A stretch of 64,000 bases of DNA. Source: Tubulanus polymorphus (taxonomy: Eukaryota > Animalia > Nemertea). This document shows, in pieces, positions 38,124-50,169 of this stretch. Each line of letters starts with the position of its first letter. Position 1 is the stretch's first letter. The notes beneath the pieces are model-generated. The model was not told the origin of the DNA. It ran no database searches and saw only the letters and a list, made by a program, of their open reading frames with translations. Location: positions 13,232,850-13,296,849 of the forward strand of contig NC_134029.1 of assembly GCF_964204645.1 (NCBI RefSeq), in the 5' to 3' direction. The translations under genes and the position numbers were made by a program.

Positions 38124-39210
38124 TTATTCTTTTAATTTTACTAGATAAAATCCATTCATTAAATTTATCATCATATCCTTTATATTTCACCAAAGAATAC
38201 TTTTTCCTTTAAGAGTTTTTGTTTTCAATACTTTTTCTATTTTGTATTCTATTTCATCTGGATTTGGTACAAGTGATAATTCTTGTTCATAGAAATAACC
38301 TAATATTTCTTCGTCTTTTAGATCTTCTAATTTATAAACAAATGGTTTAGTTAATATTATCTTTTTAATCATGAATATTTCTTCTGTAAAAATAGGGGTA
38401 TAACCTTTATAAAATGTTTTTCTATATTTAGATATTCTAACGTGTTGTCCTATTTTAAATTTAGGTTCTCCGAAATCATGTGTAACAAACGCACCATATA
38501 AATTATTCCAAACTATTTCCGAATTATCTTCTTTTCTAGCTTGTATAGGTTTCATATTTATAGAACTATGTTTAGAATTATTATAACCTTTCACTAAATC
38601 ATCTAATACATCGATATATTTATATGTTTCATTAGCAGTAAAATATTTCCACATTCTAGTTTTCAATGTTTTATTAAATCTTTCTATAATAGATGCTTTT
38701 TTATCTGAGTGTGTTGAAAAATAATCTACATCGTTATCAGATAATAGTTTTTTGAAATGTTTGTTATAGAATTCCTTACCTTCATCAAATTGTATCTTAC
38801 CTGGAATAGCTTCTTTAAATATATTCTTAAAAGCATTTGTTACTTCTATACCAGTTTTATTTTTGATTGGAATTAATTGACCATGCGTATCTACTGAATA
38901 TGTCTATGACATTTAATATCCAGAAATATCCTTTGTTGTATTCCTCCAAGTTCTTCATGTCAATTAAATCTGCTTGCCATTGTTGATCAATATATGAAAC
39001 CATAACTTTTTTTGTTAAATAAGTTGTATCCATTTTCTTGTGGATTTGATATGTTGGTTGATTTTGTAACCATAATTTTAACTCACTATATTTTATATCA
39101 CCATTTTCATTATCAGATTTAATTTTATTCCATAATTCTGATACGTTAGAATATGATACTTCACTTTCTGGGTTATAATATAACTCTCTTAAATATTGTT
39201 CTTTTTTCAT
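38116..39210 (-). pseudogene. Retroviral-like (rve) integrase with C-terminal chromodomain; frameshifted
   Basis: WQADLIDM, VIDIFSRYAW, QFDEGKEF, IIERFNKTLK; YKIEKVLK...VKYKGYDDKFNEWI. Confidence 0.93.
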
Positions 39211-39216
39211 CTTCTT

Positions 39217-39585
39217 TTAATCCATTAAGAATAATTTAGATTTAGTTTCAATGGCTTTATGATTTGACTTATTTTCGGGTATGATAGGTTTATTATCATT
39301 GGAGTCATCTTTATCATCATATTTGAATTTTGATTTATATATTAGACCGGATAATATAATAATTGTGATTAACCCAATTGTAATATATAAGTAATTATTT
39401 CTTCCACTATTAGAAGAATCAGATGGATTATTATTTGAATTAATATCAGATAAAGTCTGTGATTCATTTATATCAGTTAATTTCTTTTTCTTAGCTTTTT
39501 TTAATTCTGAAGATCTTTTACATAATTCTCTTGCCCATTTAATTTGTTTCTCGGATCTAACCTTTTTCTTAACTCCATCACTCAT
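39217..39585 (-). CDS. Protein with basic N-terminus and single TM (122 aa)
   Basis: KKVRSEKQIKWAREL...; YLYITIGLITIIILSGLIY; TAAATG start. Confidence 0.75.
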   Translation of the reverse strand: MSDGVKKKVRSEKQIKWARELCKRSSELKKAKKKKLTDINESQTLSDINSNNNPSDSSNSGRNNYLYITIGLITIIILSGLIYKSKFKYDDKDDSNDNKPIIPENKSNHKAIETKSKLFLMD

Positions 39586-40160
39586 TTATTTTAGTTAATT
39601 TTTGTTCTGATTCATTTTCTGTTTCACCGTTTGGTTGTAGTACATCTGTTTCATTCTTGCCTGATTTATATTCCATAGGCTTGATATTCGAAAATGTTAT
39701 GACACCAGTAGAAATTAATGTCATAACCGATCCTAATTGAAATGAAGCATAACCAACCCATTTTTGTAATTCAGTCATAACTAAGTAGTCATTTTTCAAA
39801 TCACTATATAATTTATTTTCATCATCAATTGATATTAACTGGTTACATAACTTAGAATAACATTTGACAATACCATCTGAAATAGAATCATTTATTCTAG
39901 CTAATCTAGCTTCTTCATAAATCTTAAAATATTTTATTACTTTATCGGGTTTCATAGCATCTAATTCTTGAAATGTTATTATTTTTCCCAAGAAATCCTT
40001 AGATTTCCCGTCAGCAATTAATAATTCAAGATGATGCTTACAATATAAGTTGTATTCATAATCAATATTGTTATTAACTTGAATAGAATTAGAAACAACT
40101 GTATCTTTATTATCACTAATACCCAAATCATGTAATGTTTTTTCAATATCAATACTATTC
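39578..40160 (-). CDS. Hypothetical element protein with C-terminal hydrophobic segment; start uncertain
   Basis: ORF of at least 182 aa, GKSKDFLGK...YEEARL; overlaps the next gene operon-style. Confidence 0.6.
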
Positions 40161-41150
40161 TCTTTTTGAAAAGAAAATATTAAAAAATATAATAGAATTC
40201 ACTAGCTAGTTGAAGTTATTGTTTTTTTTATTATATTTTATTTGAATTAGGATTTAATATCTCACTACTATTGTCTATCTATAAGGAGCAGTAATTATAA
40301 CTCTCCAGATAAGTCATTTCGGATTCTCGATAATAAATCCTAAAACTGAAAATAAATTCAAAGAAACGACTGGTGGAAATACTATTTCATAAACACATAT
40401 ATTTTATTCTACAATCATTATCGATTTCCACATTCCTAGCCGCGCATTTCATGCGCGGTAAGGTATGCGTGGAATGCAGGAATCAATAAAGTATAATAGA
40501 ACATCTGTCACTGTGTGTCATTAACAACAACTAAATGACGCAATTGAAATTCCGTCAAACGTAATGCATTGGAAGCCTATACAGTAAGGCTAAACTGCTA
40601 CAGTCTCATGAGTTGAAATATCCATTATTTCTGATTCCACATCCATCTATATTCACTTTCTTGATTCAATGGTCTTCATTTTGTTATCTAAAAGATAAAT
40701 ATCTAGCGTAGAATAAAACTAACTTGAAGTTGTAGTTGTAAAATATTAATTACAGCACTTAAACATGGCCATTTGTGGCGCATCTTACCAGGGTAAGTTT
40801 TACATGTTTAACGTTTCCCGGCGCTTGATAACAACAAAAACAAGTACTTACATTTATAACTATAAACTCCTAAAATTGTGTTTATAGAGAGAATATCATA
40901 TGCGTTCCTATGCTTATGTGCTGCGCGCTTATAACTGCCAGTTATTCATTAGCTAAACACTGTCTGAGCAACAGATGTTCCTTTGTGATGTAATTGATTA
41001 ATCCTTTTCAACTGAAATAGCACATTCGATCAATATTCAAATGAGGTACACCCCATTCAACTGAATATAACGTGCGACAGATGCAAAGAGCTAATACAAT
41101 TACATATAGGCAGTTTGACATAGATCGAGAGTAACCGGTTTTCTAAGCGC

Positions 41151-41804
41151 TTAAACTTCAACGTATTTTTCATTATGTGTTGAGTTCCATAATTCAACAA
41201 ATGTCTTTGCTTTATCCAGTTGATCTAAATATAATTTCATATCTAGTTTGTTAGATTTAATTATGTTTTCCTTCTTTTCTAAAGGTCTTAAATTTCTCCA
41301 GCTCCATATTAGCTTCTTATTATAATCATCACTCATGTCAAATTTAGAAATCGGCAACACGTGATCAATATGAAAGTATTCACCATAATTATCTATATTC
41401 ATTTTATCATCGAATTGATATATTATCCATGATATGAAAAATTCATCTGAACAACCCAATAAATTAGATAGTGTTTCTGAATGCGTTTCTTTGTTGAATA
41501 ATTGTGTTAATCTAGATCTTAAACATTGTTTCAATCTAAAATTAAGATCTGTTTAATATCTTCCTCTCATATATTCTGCCATATAATAATTATAATGTTC
41601 TATATTATCTTCTCGATATTGTTTGGTATATAGTTTAGTGCAAGTTTTACAGCAATATTGAAAACCATCTTTGCTAATCTTACGCTTACTATATTCTGTT
41701 AAAGCTAATTTATCTAATTCACACTTAGAACACTTCTTGTAATATATATTTATAACACCAGTGTTATTTGTAATATTGATAATTTGTGGTTGTTCTGGTT
41801 CCAT
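41151..41804 (-). pseudogene. Zn-ribbon plus HNH endonuclease of the type common in large DNA viruses; frameshifted
   Basis: CSKC...DGFQYCCKTC; LGCS...NYGEYFHIDHVLPISKF...NLRPLEKKENIIKSNK. Confidence 0.82.
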
Positions 41805-43318
41805 TTATTATACGTATTTTTTACTAAATTGGTTAATATTTTAGAATCCTTTTCCATTTCATCGACCAACGTCATCCTTTTTTATTCCTCGCTGCTTTTG
41901 ATAAGTCGTTTCGATTCCTTGATATCTAAATCATACCACTGGGCAAAACCGCGCATTCAGGCGCGCTTTTGCTTAACTCTTCAGTTGGCGTCGTCACGCC
42001 TCACGTGACAGCGTAAACAAAGAAACTAGGTCGTGGCCACGCCTCAAGTGACGGTTCCTATTACCCCCGATAGATGGCAAACTAGTCGAGCCTGGCTGCT
42101 GACACTGAGTCAGCATGCTCTATAGAGGGCTCACAAGCGATTGTATATACTCTACACACACAGGCAGTATGTACTGGTTGTCGGCGACTTTTTTGGTTGC
42201 GTGACCTCAACTTGACCTCAGGTTTTGGGGGGTCCTACCTTGCACCCGTAGGTCCAAACTTTTTATAACTAACATTTTCTGAGATACCTATTAGCTTCAT
42301 AACAGATATTGGTTTTAGGAGGGTCTCTACACTGGAAATGTATCGACCTTTACATCGAAATATGAAGAAAAAATTAATTCCCCCAGATTGAATGGATAAT
42401 TGCGCATGCGTTAATCATAATTATATATTCATTCTATAAATTCTGTAAAATAGAAACAACCGGCATAAAATATCAAAACGTGTTCGCATTAGGCAAAAGC
42501 GCGCATACAGGCGCGCTTTTGCTTAATGCACATGCGCTAATCATAATTGAAACGACTGAACATAGAACATTCACCAAGTAGAACATTCACACAATATATA
42601 TACAAGTATGTTCAGTCGTTTCTTCCAATACATCATTTGATTTCTATTTATAAAATCTATAATTACAAACATTTTTTCAATTGCTGGTAAATATTTAACT
42701 ACATCAACAAATATTAAACTTAATCATTGGAGTCTTAATGTTTTTGAAATTCTTATATAGTTTCTTCGTCGATCTTTTGTGATTCTTGTGGTTCTACGCC
42801 AGTTTCTATTGGTTCGATATCCATTGCTGTTGATTCCTCATTCAGAAAGAGTATCTTGAGTTTCTCTATCACTTCTTGATTTGTATGACGTTTTATTAAT
42901 CTAAAAAATATTAGCGGTAACTTTAGTTATCTAAAAGATGTACTAAATACACTTAAATATATCTAAAGGTTTCATATTTAATAGCCATAATAACTACAAA
43001 AAACAGTACTTACATTTAGATTTAGAATTGTAAACTATAAACTCCTAATTTCGTTTCGAGATATAGAATATCCTAAGCGTTATGTTACATCGTCTATTCA
43101 GTTCCGGTACACCTTCTAGAATGTTCTACGCGTTTGCAATATTATGTCTCATATGTCTCGGCGTCATAGTAACAGCTGTAACAGCTGTGAATTTATAGAT
43201 TTATTCAATTATTTTGTAATACCAGCTGTTACACGAGGAGTCGCGCAATATGATTAAACGTTTCTATTAACTGAGAAAATCAATAATAAAGGCAACGTAT
43301 CTTTATATAGAAATCAAA

Positions 43319-43633
43319 TTATGTACAACGCCCGAACATACTTGTAAATATATTATCTTTATCAAAATAATCTTCACCTATGTTTCTAATATGGCTTTTA
43401 GATTTTAAATGTTCATTATAATATCTTTTATCACTGAATGATTGATTACATGTATCACATTTGTATGTTTCTTTTTCATTCTTTAATTCATCTAATTTAG
43501 TTTCTAATATATCATCTTTATATTCTAGTTTCAATTTATTCTCTAAATGTGTTTTAGTTTTATTGTGTCTTGATTTTTGGGATTTATCTATATTGATATT
43601 ACATGTTGGACAGTAGTACTTATTTGCTTCCAT
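43319..43633 (-). CDS. Zinc-finger-only ORF: the pPolB 5' end duplicated inside the right TIR
   Basis: MEANKYYCPTC...CDTC...HLKSKSH matches the pPolB N-terminus. Confidence 0.6.
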   Translation of the reverse strand: MEANKYYCPTCNINIDKSQKSRHNKTKTHLENKLKLEYKDDILETKLDELKNEKETYKCDTCNQSFSDKRYYNEHLKSKSHIRNIGEDYFDKDNIFTSMFGRCT

Positions 43634-43712
43634 TTTAATACTGAATTTTTTATTAAAATTGATTTTAGAAGTTATTCATTTATATTTTATTCATATATAT
43701 GAATATTTTAAG

Positions 43713-43860
43713 AGTAATAGGGGTTTAGTTGTTTCATATCAAAGGTTGAAGGGGCGAGTGAGTAAAAAATAAAAAATAAATTCGAGTGTGCGAGAATTTA
43801 TTTTTTATTTTTTACTCGACCGTTCGACCTTTGGTATGAAACAACTAAACCCCTATTACT
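43713..43860. repeat. Right terminal fold-back palindrome of element C (148 bp)
   Basis: Reverse complement of 25620-25771 apart from a 4-bp indel. Confidence 0.95.
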
Positions 43861-44155
43861 AACATTGATATACAGACAAATAGACAGACCATAAACATTG
43901 ATATACAGACAGATAGACAGACCATAAACATTGATATACAGACAGATAGACAGACCATAAACATTGATGTACAGACAAATAGACAGACCATAAACATCGA
44001 TATATAGACAGACCATAAACATTGATATACAGACAAATAGACAGACCATAAACATTGATATTGAATTATCTGACAGTAGAGCGAGCGGGAGGAATTAAAC
44101 CCGAACATAACTCCATGGTTTAGTACCATTGAATTGCCCAATTCCCATCCACTTC
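43861..44155. repeat. 33-bp tandem array (~6 units, AACATTGATATACAGACAGATAGACAGACCATA) plus a ~100-bp unit shared with 25461-25562
   Basis: Directly visible; right part of the repeat interrupted by element C. Confidence 0.9.
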
Positions 44156-47100
44156 GTCGTGTTTATTTTCGAGACCTTGTTCACTAAATAATCCAAGGGA
44201 TTGCCAGGTTTTCATGAAATCAGGGATGTGGTAGATAGGAATATGCATCTTTGGAGTTAAAGGCGAATTGGGAAATATGTTATGGGAAACCATTCACCGA
44301 AATCGTGGCAAAGACTCTCGATTTTCTCGATTTCATCTTGAGACAAAAATCTGCAAGCGGTATATAAACCATAAATAACACTGAATTTTTCAAATAATGT
44401 AAGAAATTTTGCTTTGTCTGTTGGATGGTCATTCAATGTACTAAGTAGTTGTAAGGGATTGTAAGCAGTGTCGTCAATTCGCAACAACTTATGAATATGG
44501 TTCCCTATAAAACTGTTGGAGTGGTATGCTTGACGATCAATGCCTATTTCATGTAGTTTTTGGTTAAGTGATGTCTGAATTGGACTTTGAAGTGCTTTGA
44601 CTTGGCTATGGATTGCTTTTAAATTTGATCTCGCTGGAATCAAATGAATTTTAACTGCCTCTCTGTCGAATTTCAAATTGTCCTGTATTTTGTTGAGTTT
44701 TCAAATCGTATTGGCCGATACTTTCTTGCCAGCTGTGCACTGGTGGCAGTGAAACGCAGTTGGAAGACTACCTTGGTGAATTTCAATGCACTGCTTATGG
44801 TGAGGTGCATCACATTTTACACAGTAGGCATATAGATTTGGTCGAGGGTTGTCAATTACACGAATAATGCATAAAGCTGCAAAACAGTTAAGTGGGCTCG
44901 AACCCTTTTTTTGGCATTGATTAGCATCTTAGTGAATTTCAATGATGATGTAAGATTCTCATTGAGATCTTTGAGCTGTTCATCGAGCTATCTCACTTTA
45001 TTGGAGGCATCCTTCCATTTCTCATTGAGGAGGGGGTCCCGCTCACCAAGCATTGTGTTGTCGAGCTCAATGCATCTTTGTTCCACAATTTCAAATATTT
45101 GCAGACCCACCCCAAGAGACACATGTAATGGTTGGGGAACTAGATGCATCATGTCTAATGGTCGGAACAGCATGGGACCATTAATGCTGTGACTGGTTGG
45201 TCCGGGTCTTTCATGCCGAGACGTACTCAGATCCTCTAGATAATTATTGATATCCTGCAGACGATATACCGTGATCTTTGGACAGTGCGGTTTCGTAAGT
45301 CATCTAAAGGGACAAAACACCAGAGACAGGGGTATGATGCCGAACATCCTTGATGTCCCATCATGCTACACAGGTAGTGAATGTCCCCTATGAAGAAACT
45401 GCGTACAGAATATATTGTGTCATTGATTGTGATAGTCGTAACTGTTTCAAATTCGGTTCTACATCTACCGAAGACTAATTCGAGAGATTCAATATTGCCA
45501 ATGGCTTCAAAGTAGCCAAGAAGGCGGTTCCTGAACTTCGCTGAAACACTGAAAAGCTGAAACGCTGAAATAAAAACGCTGAAATTTCAGGGAATTTCCG
45601 AAAAACGCCGAAATTTCAGGGAATTCCCGAAAAACGCTGAAATCGTGCTAGGTACCGACAATACACGCTTTGAAATGTTTTCCGGGCGGTGTCCGCTGAC
45701 GAGTCCTGAACCGTGTTTTATGCTCTACCTTCGGTTACAGAGACATGCCTTAAGGGCGTCGTCATGATCGACTTGATCGATTGCGGATTGCGTGGATTGT
45801 TAGATGTGTTTTTTGCCATAGTTTTATGTGCATATACCGGTACGATCTAACAATGAAGTTATCACTTCATTTGAATATATTCTTAATTACAGTAATATTA
45901 ATTCACAATATTTTTTCTTATGTTTGGTGATTTCTTGCAACTTATCATTGCCAAGTCTCATACAAGTAGTAGCTGAATGAAAGTACAGTTAGGCTGAACC
46001 TGATAACCCAAATTAAGTGCTAGCATGGAACTAATGATTATTTTGATTCTATTTTCGGTGTCATTGAAATTCGTTAATAAAGGTTCAACCGTCATAGTAT
46101 ACTGTACTTAGCATTGCTACAATTGGGTGCCATATTTCTACAATTTCTACAAGGAGGAAGGAATCTTTAAGTGTCTTTGTTCCCGGGTAGGGTACGGGGT
46201 AAAACCTGGTTTACTTTCTCTTTCGACTTGCCGGAGACTACTATCTGCAATGTATTGCATGCTTTGATGTGTCCGGCCTATAGGAGTCGAGCGATATTTT
46301 TTCCCATACACAGGCTTGGCTTTAGTGTAGATGAAGGCTAGGCACTGCACATTGTGGATTGACTGGAACTCTTAACTCACAAAATTAAACGAGTCAGCAA
46401 GAAAGATCCAATAATTGGACATTTGTCTAACTATATTATCTAACAGCTTGAAATAATACATAACACATTCTGCAAGAGTACACAAAGGAAATCAGTTCTT
46501 ACATTATATCAGAATCAATAGTTCGCTTAACTCTGGCTAGAATTCTGGTTCCATTGCTTCATATTCTAATGAAATCCACTAGCATACCTTAGAATATCGC
46601 TTAGCTTAAGACTAAAAATTTGGTACCAGGAAACAGGGAAGAAAAGTGGGTGTACTGTACATCCGCGATTGACTTATTTCTCTCTGGTTGAATCAAGTTA
46701 TTATTGAAATAGCATTCGAATAGCCATTTTATTTTTAAAAATTGTGTCGTTCAGCTATCCTGCTGCAAATTTCGCAGTTGAAGTTTACTGGTGCCATCTG
46801 ATTTCTCAGTATCTCAAAAAATTTGCACATTCTAAGCCTTAATCTAAAAAAAGAAAAAGGTGCATTTTAGTCGGATATAAAAGAATAGTGGCTAATACAC
46901 CCTGGACTATATAGCCTATGGGGTGGGCCTAGTTTGAAAGCACTGAGGTCCGAGAGAACAGCAGTTAGTAAATAAATACTGAAATTAAACTTACAAAACA
47001 CCCAGTACTTGAGATGATGTACTTGACAAGAAGTGTCACCAGCTAAGCAAATCAACTTTGTCTATGACTCCTCCTTTTATAGATTCAGTAGTAGTCTAAA

Positions 47101-48965
47101 AATAAGAATCGGTACATTTTTCTAACAGTTGGTATGTCATTTCTTCAAAAAAACTAATTATTATCACGCCACAGCAAATAAATAATTCACAGTTGTTGAA
47201 TGGTTTGCCCGATTTAGATTAATTGGTTGATGCTAATCAGTATGACCCATACGTAGGGTCCTACTGCATGCCATTGGCGTCAATCCATTCCATTCCATTC
47301 CACAGTGAATTAAAAAGAAATTTAGTTAGATCCCTTTTGTCCAAAAGCTGCATCATTTATATAACTAGCTGTCAAATTTAATTTACCTCCTTCAGAGAAT
47401 ACCATAGTGACATAGTCCGTCGCCCATCAACGTGTTGACAAAAGAAAAGTTGCTCCATGTTTTATACATGAACGTTCAAATAAGATATTTTGCGTCTTGC
47501 AGGGAATATTGAGCATAGTGTTTAAGTTGGCTTGCACGGTTTGTGAATGGGTTTTCCTCATTATGCTGCCTGTATGCATTACAAATTCGGATTTCAAGCG
47601 AATTAATTTGTCCAACAAGTGGCCCTCTAGAAGTATACTCCACACATACTGTCCATGCATGTCTCTGTAACCGAAGGTAGAGACTAAAACACGGTTCAGG
47701 ACTCGGCAGTGGACACCGGCCCGGAAAATATTCAAAACGTGTATTGTTGGTACCTAGCACGATTTCAGCGTTTTTCGGGAATTCCCTGAAATTTCGGCGT
47801 TTTTCGGAAATTCCCTGAAATTTCAGCGTTTCAGCGTTTCAGTGATTCAGCTTTTTCAGCGAAGTTCAGGAACCGCCAAGAAGGTGGGAAGAATCGGAAC
47901 TATTTGGAGAGTTGCCGTTGATAATTGAAAATACCATTTTGGTACTTTTCCCACCTTTATCAACACCGAATTTTATCCATATTTCTCCATAGAATAGGTC
48001 GAAAAGATTAAGCTTACTCTTGTCACACAAAATCTTTACAGCTCTCTGAAAATAGTTCCTAATTTCATTCAGCACGACGTAAGGTGCAAGCTGTTTTTCA
48101 TTTGTTCGACTGTTTACTTCCATGATCATTTCTCCAGCATGGAGGTATGGGACTAAGTCCTCACTTCGAGTAACTAATCCATTTGCGTATTGACGCCACC
48201 GATGTAAAAATAGGTTGACCCATTGATTTCATACGTAGCAATCTCTTTGTGGGAAGGCGAAGATGAAGTTTCAAGTCAATGGATTGGCTTGGAGACAAAG
48301 ATGTAGCCATAAAATGGGATTTAGCTAGAGTTGATTTTGTCAAAGAGGGATATTGCTTTAATAGTTGGCATAAAGTTGATGCACCATCGTCAAGACATGG
48401 TTGATCTTTAGGCCTAGTTGAAACATAATCCAAGATACATTTCAATTTTGATGCTCGGTCTTCTAGGGTACGGGCGCTAGCAGATGCTGAATCCATACTG
48501 GGAGTTTCAAGTTTCACGTATTTAGATGGTCTCGCAGGTACTGACGCGTTAAAAGGCATAGCTGTAAAAAATGTTTTAACTGATTCATCTAAAACTTGCA
48601 ATAGATTTGCATTTAGCAATGCCTGTAATTTTGTATTCAAATATTCGGAGTTAGATTTGACTAATGAATATTCTGTTATTATCTTTGCTATGAATTCTTT
48701 TTGCTTCTTGATGATTTTTTCCATCTCAATTAACTTTTGTTCAAATCTTAACATACTGGATTTTAACTCCTTAATTTCGGTATCTTTATCAGTAACAAAT
48801 TTCTGTAGCAGCTGTATGCGAGATCCATCTGAAGATAATGAGCAAATCGGAGTTGAAACATTTTGGTCAATCGGTAGAAAATGGGTTTCGGTATTGGTAT
48901 TCTCATCAGAGGTTTCTTGGGTTTCCTCTAATGTCTGTTTTGATGAAAGACGTCCTAAATAGCAA
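44156..48965 (-). pseudogene. RAG1/Transib/Chapaev-like DDE transposase with an internal PHD finger, interrupted by a MULE-type insertion
   Basis: IKFGVDKGG (~47955), FIGDIHYL...GHQGCSASYPCLWC (~45320-45395), PLHVSLG, FIGNHIHKLL, TPKMH..YHIP, LFSEQGLENKH (~44165); candidate intron 48966-49056. Confidence 0.8.
45525..47875. mobile_element. Non-autonomous MULE-type DNA transposon (2.35 kb)
   Basis: ~225-bp TIRs starting CGGTTCCTGAAC with internal GCTGAAA subrepeats; 9-bp TSD CCAAGAAGG at 45516-45524 and 47876-47884. Confidence 0.92.
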
Positions 48966-49157
48966 CTGAAAGAAAAGTCTAAATGAATTCTAGGTACAGT
49001 TTGAAATCAACTTGGTTTAAATTTTAGATTTTTTTTTTCAACCTGAGACGACTTACCCTGGAAATTTTAAAAAATATTACTTTTTAGGTCTCCGTCTTTT
49101 CCTTTGCAAAATATATGTAGTACCGATTTCAGATTACAAACAGCAAGTGCAGATCTG

Positions 49158-49284
49158 GGGCCAGTTGCTCACATGTTGGTTAAAGATAACCAGCGGATAA
49201 ATACCATGGTAACAATGAACTTTTGATTGTCACTCTGTGAACTATCCACTGGTTAACTCTAACCAACTTTTGAGCAACTGGCCC
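49158..49284. mobile_element. Small palindromic MITE, probably Harbinger-type
   Basis: GGGCCAGTTGCTCA...TGAGCAACTGGCCC; flanks CTG and TTG. Confidence 0.7.
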
Positions 49285-50169
49285 TTGGAGGCTTTAAGAC
49301 TAATTTGCATATTTCATAATTACTATTTTTAGAGGTGTATAAGCTTTCATCCGATATATAGTTTGAATGAATCCAGTAAGAAATAAGAAATCTAGTATTT
49401 CCAGGGTTAAGTAACCTTCAATTCGAAATTGACTTTTGAGTCAGTTTAGGAATAATGAAGGCTAATAAATGTACTATGTAATTACTGATCATAACTATTG
49501 GTTATCCAAGTAACATTAATTTCATACTCACATATTAATCCATTGTATGCTTGCTGAACATTAAAATTGTGTTAAAGACAATAATACGGTACTGGTATGT
49601 AAGTCATTGACTCACATCTCACCTTTGATAGAGACTATTAACAATGAAAAATGAAAAGATGCACCCCGAAAAAACACCCAGAATAATACTAGTATTTATG
49701 GCATATTTTCTCAAAATAACCAATCGATAAAAAGAACAAAAACTCGAAAAATTAAAAACACATAAGATCAAATTTATTTTCTAATTCAATAACACAGATT
49801 GGAAGAAAACTTACTGGCAGACAGCATTTTTGCCATTTTAGATTTGAATTTATTTGACTTCTTTCCAGAACCGAAATATAATTTTCTCTTGCCAGAACGA
49901 GCCTTAACTGTCCTACTTCCAGATTCTTTATCAGCCATCTAAAGTGAGAAGACAAAAGAAAATTGGGCACATTAAAAAAGTTGACTTTTGATAGGGAAAA
50001 GTTAATAGTACATGTAACTAGGGGTTCAGGGGCATCAGGCCCACTTGAAAAGTGGTTAAGAATGCTAAAAAATCTGACAAATTCAATATTTAATGCCCTA
50101 TTAAACAGATATGAAAACCAATGACCTTGCCATATTTCAGACTTCAATTCAGTGTTTCAAAATTTAAAA

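Larger units (their letters stand above)
25620..43860 (+). mobile_element. Full-length Polinton/Maverick (endogenous polintovirus-like) element C, 18.2 kb
   Basis: AGTA...TACT termini, ~0.5 kb TIRs (25620-~26146 and ~43352-43860), 6-bp TSD AACATT (25614-25619 and 43861-43866), pPolB, integrase, ATPase and capsid genes. Confidence 0.96.

Noticed and set aside
43798-44141. ORFs with periodic Cys/hydrophobic sequence
   Set aside because: Translations of the 33-bp tandem repeat
45695-45750. CTGACGAGTCC hammerhead-like core
   Set aside because: No stem II partner or GAAA; it lies in a MULE TIR and the other TIR reads CTGCCGAG
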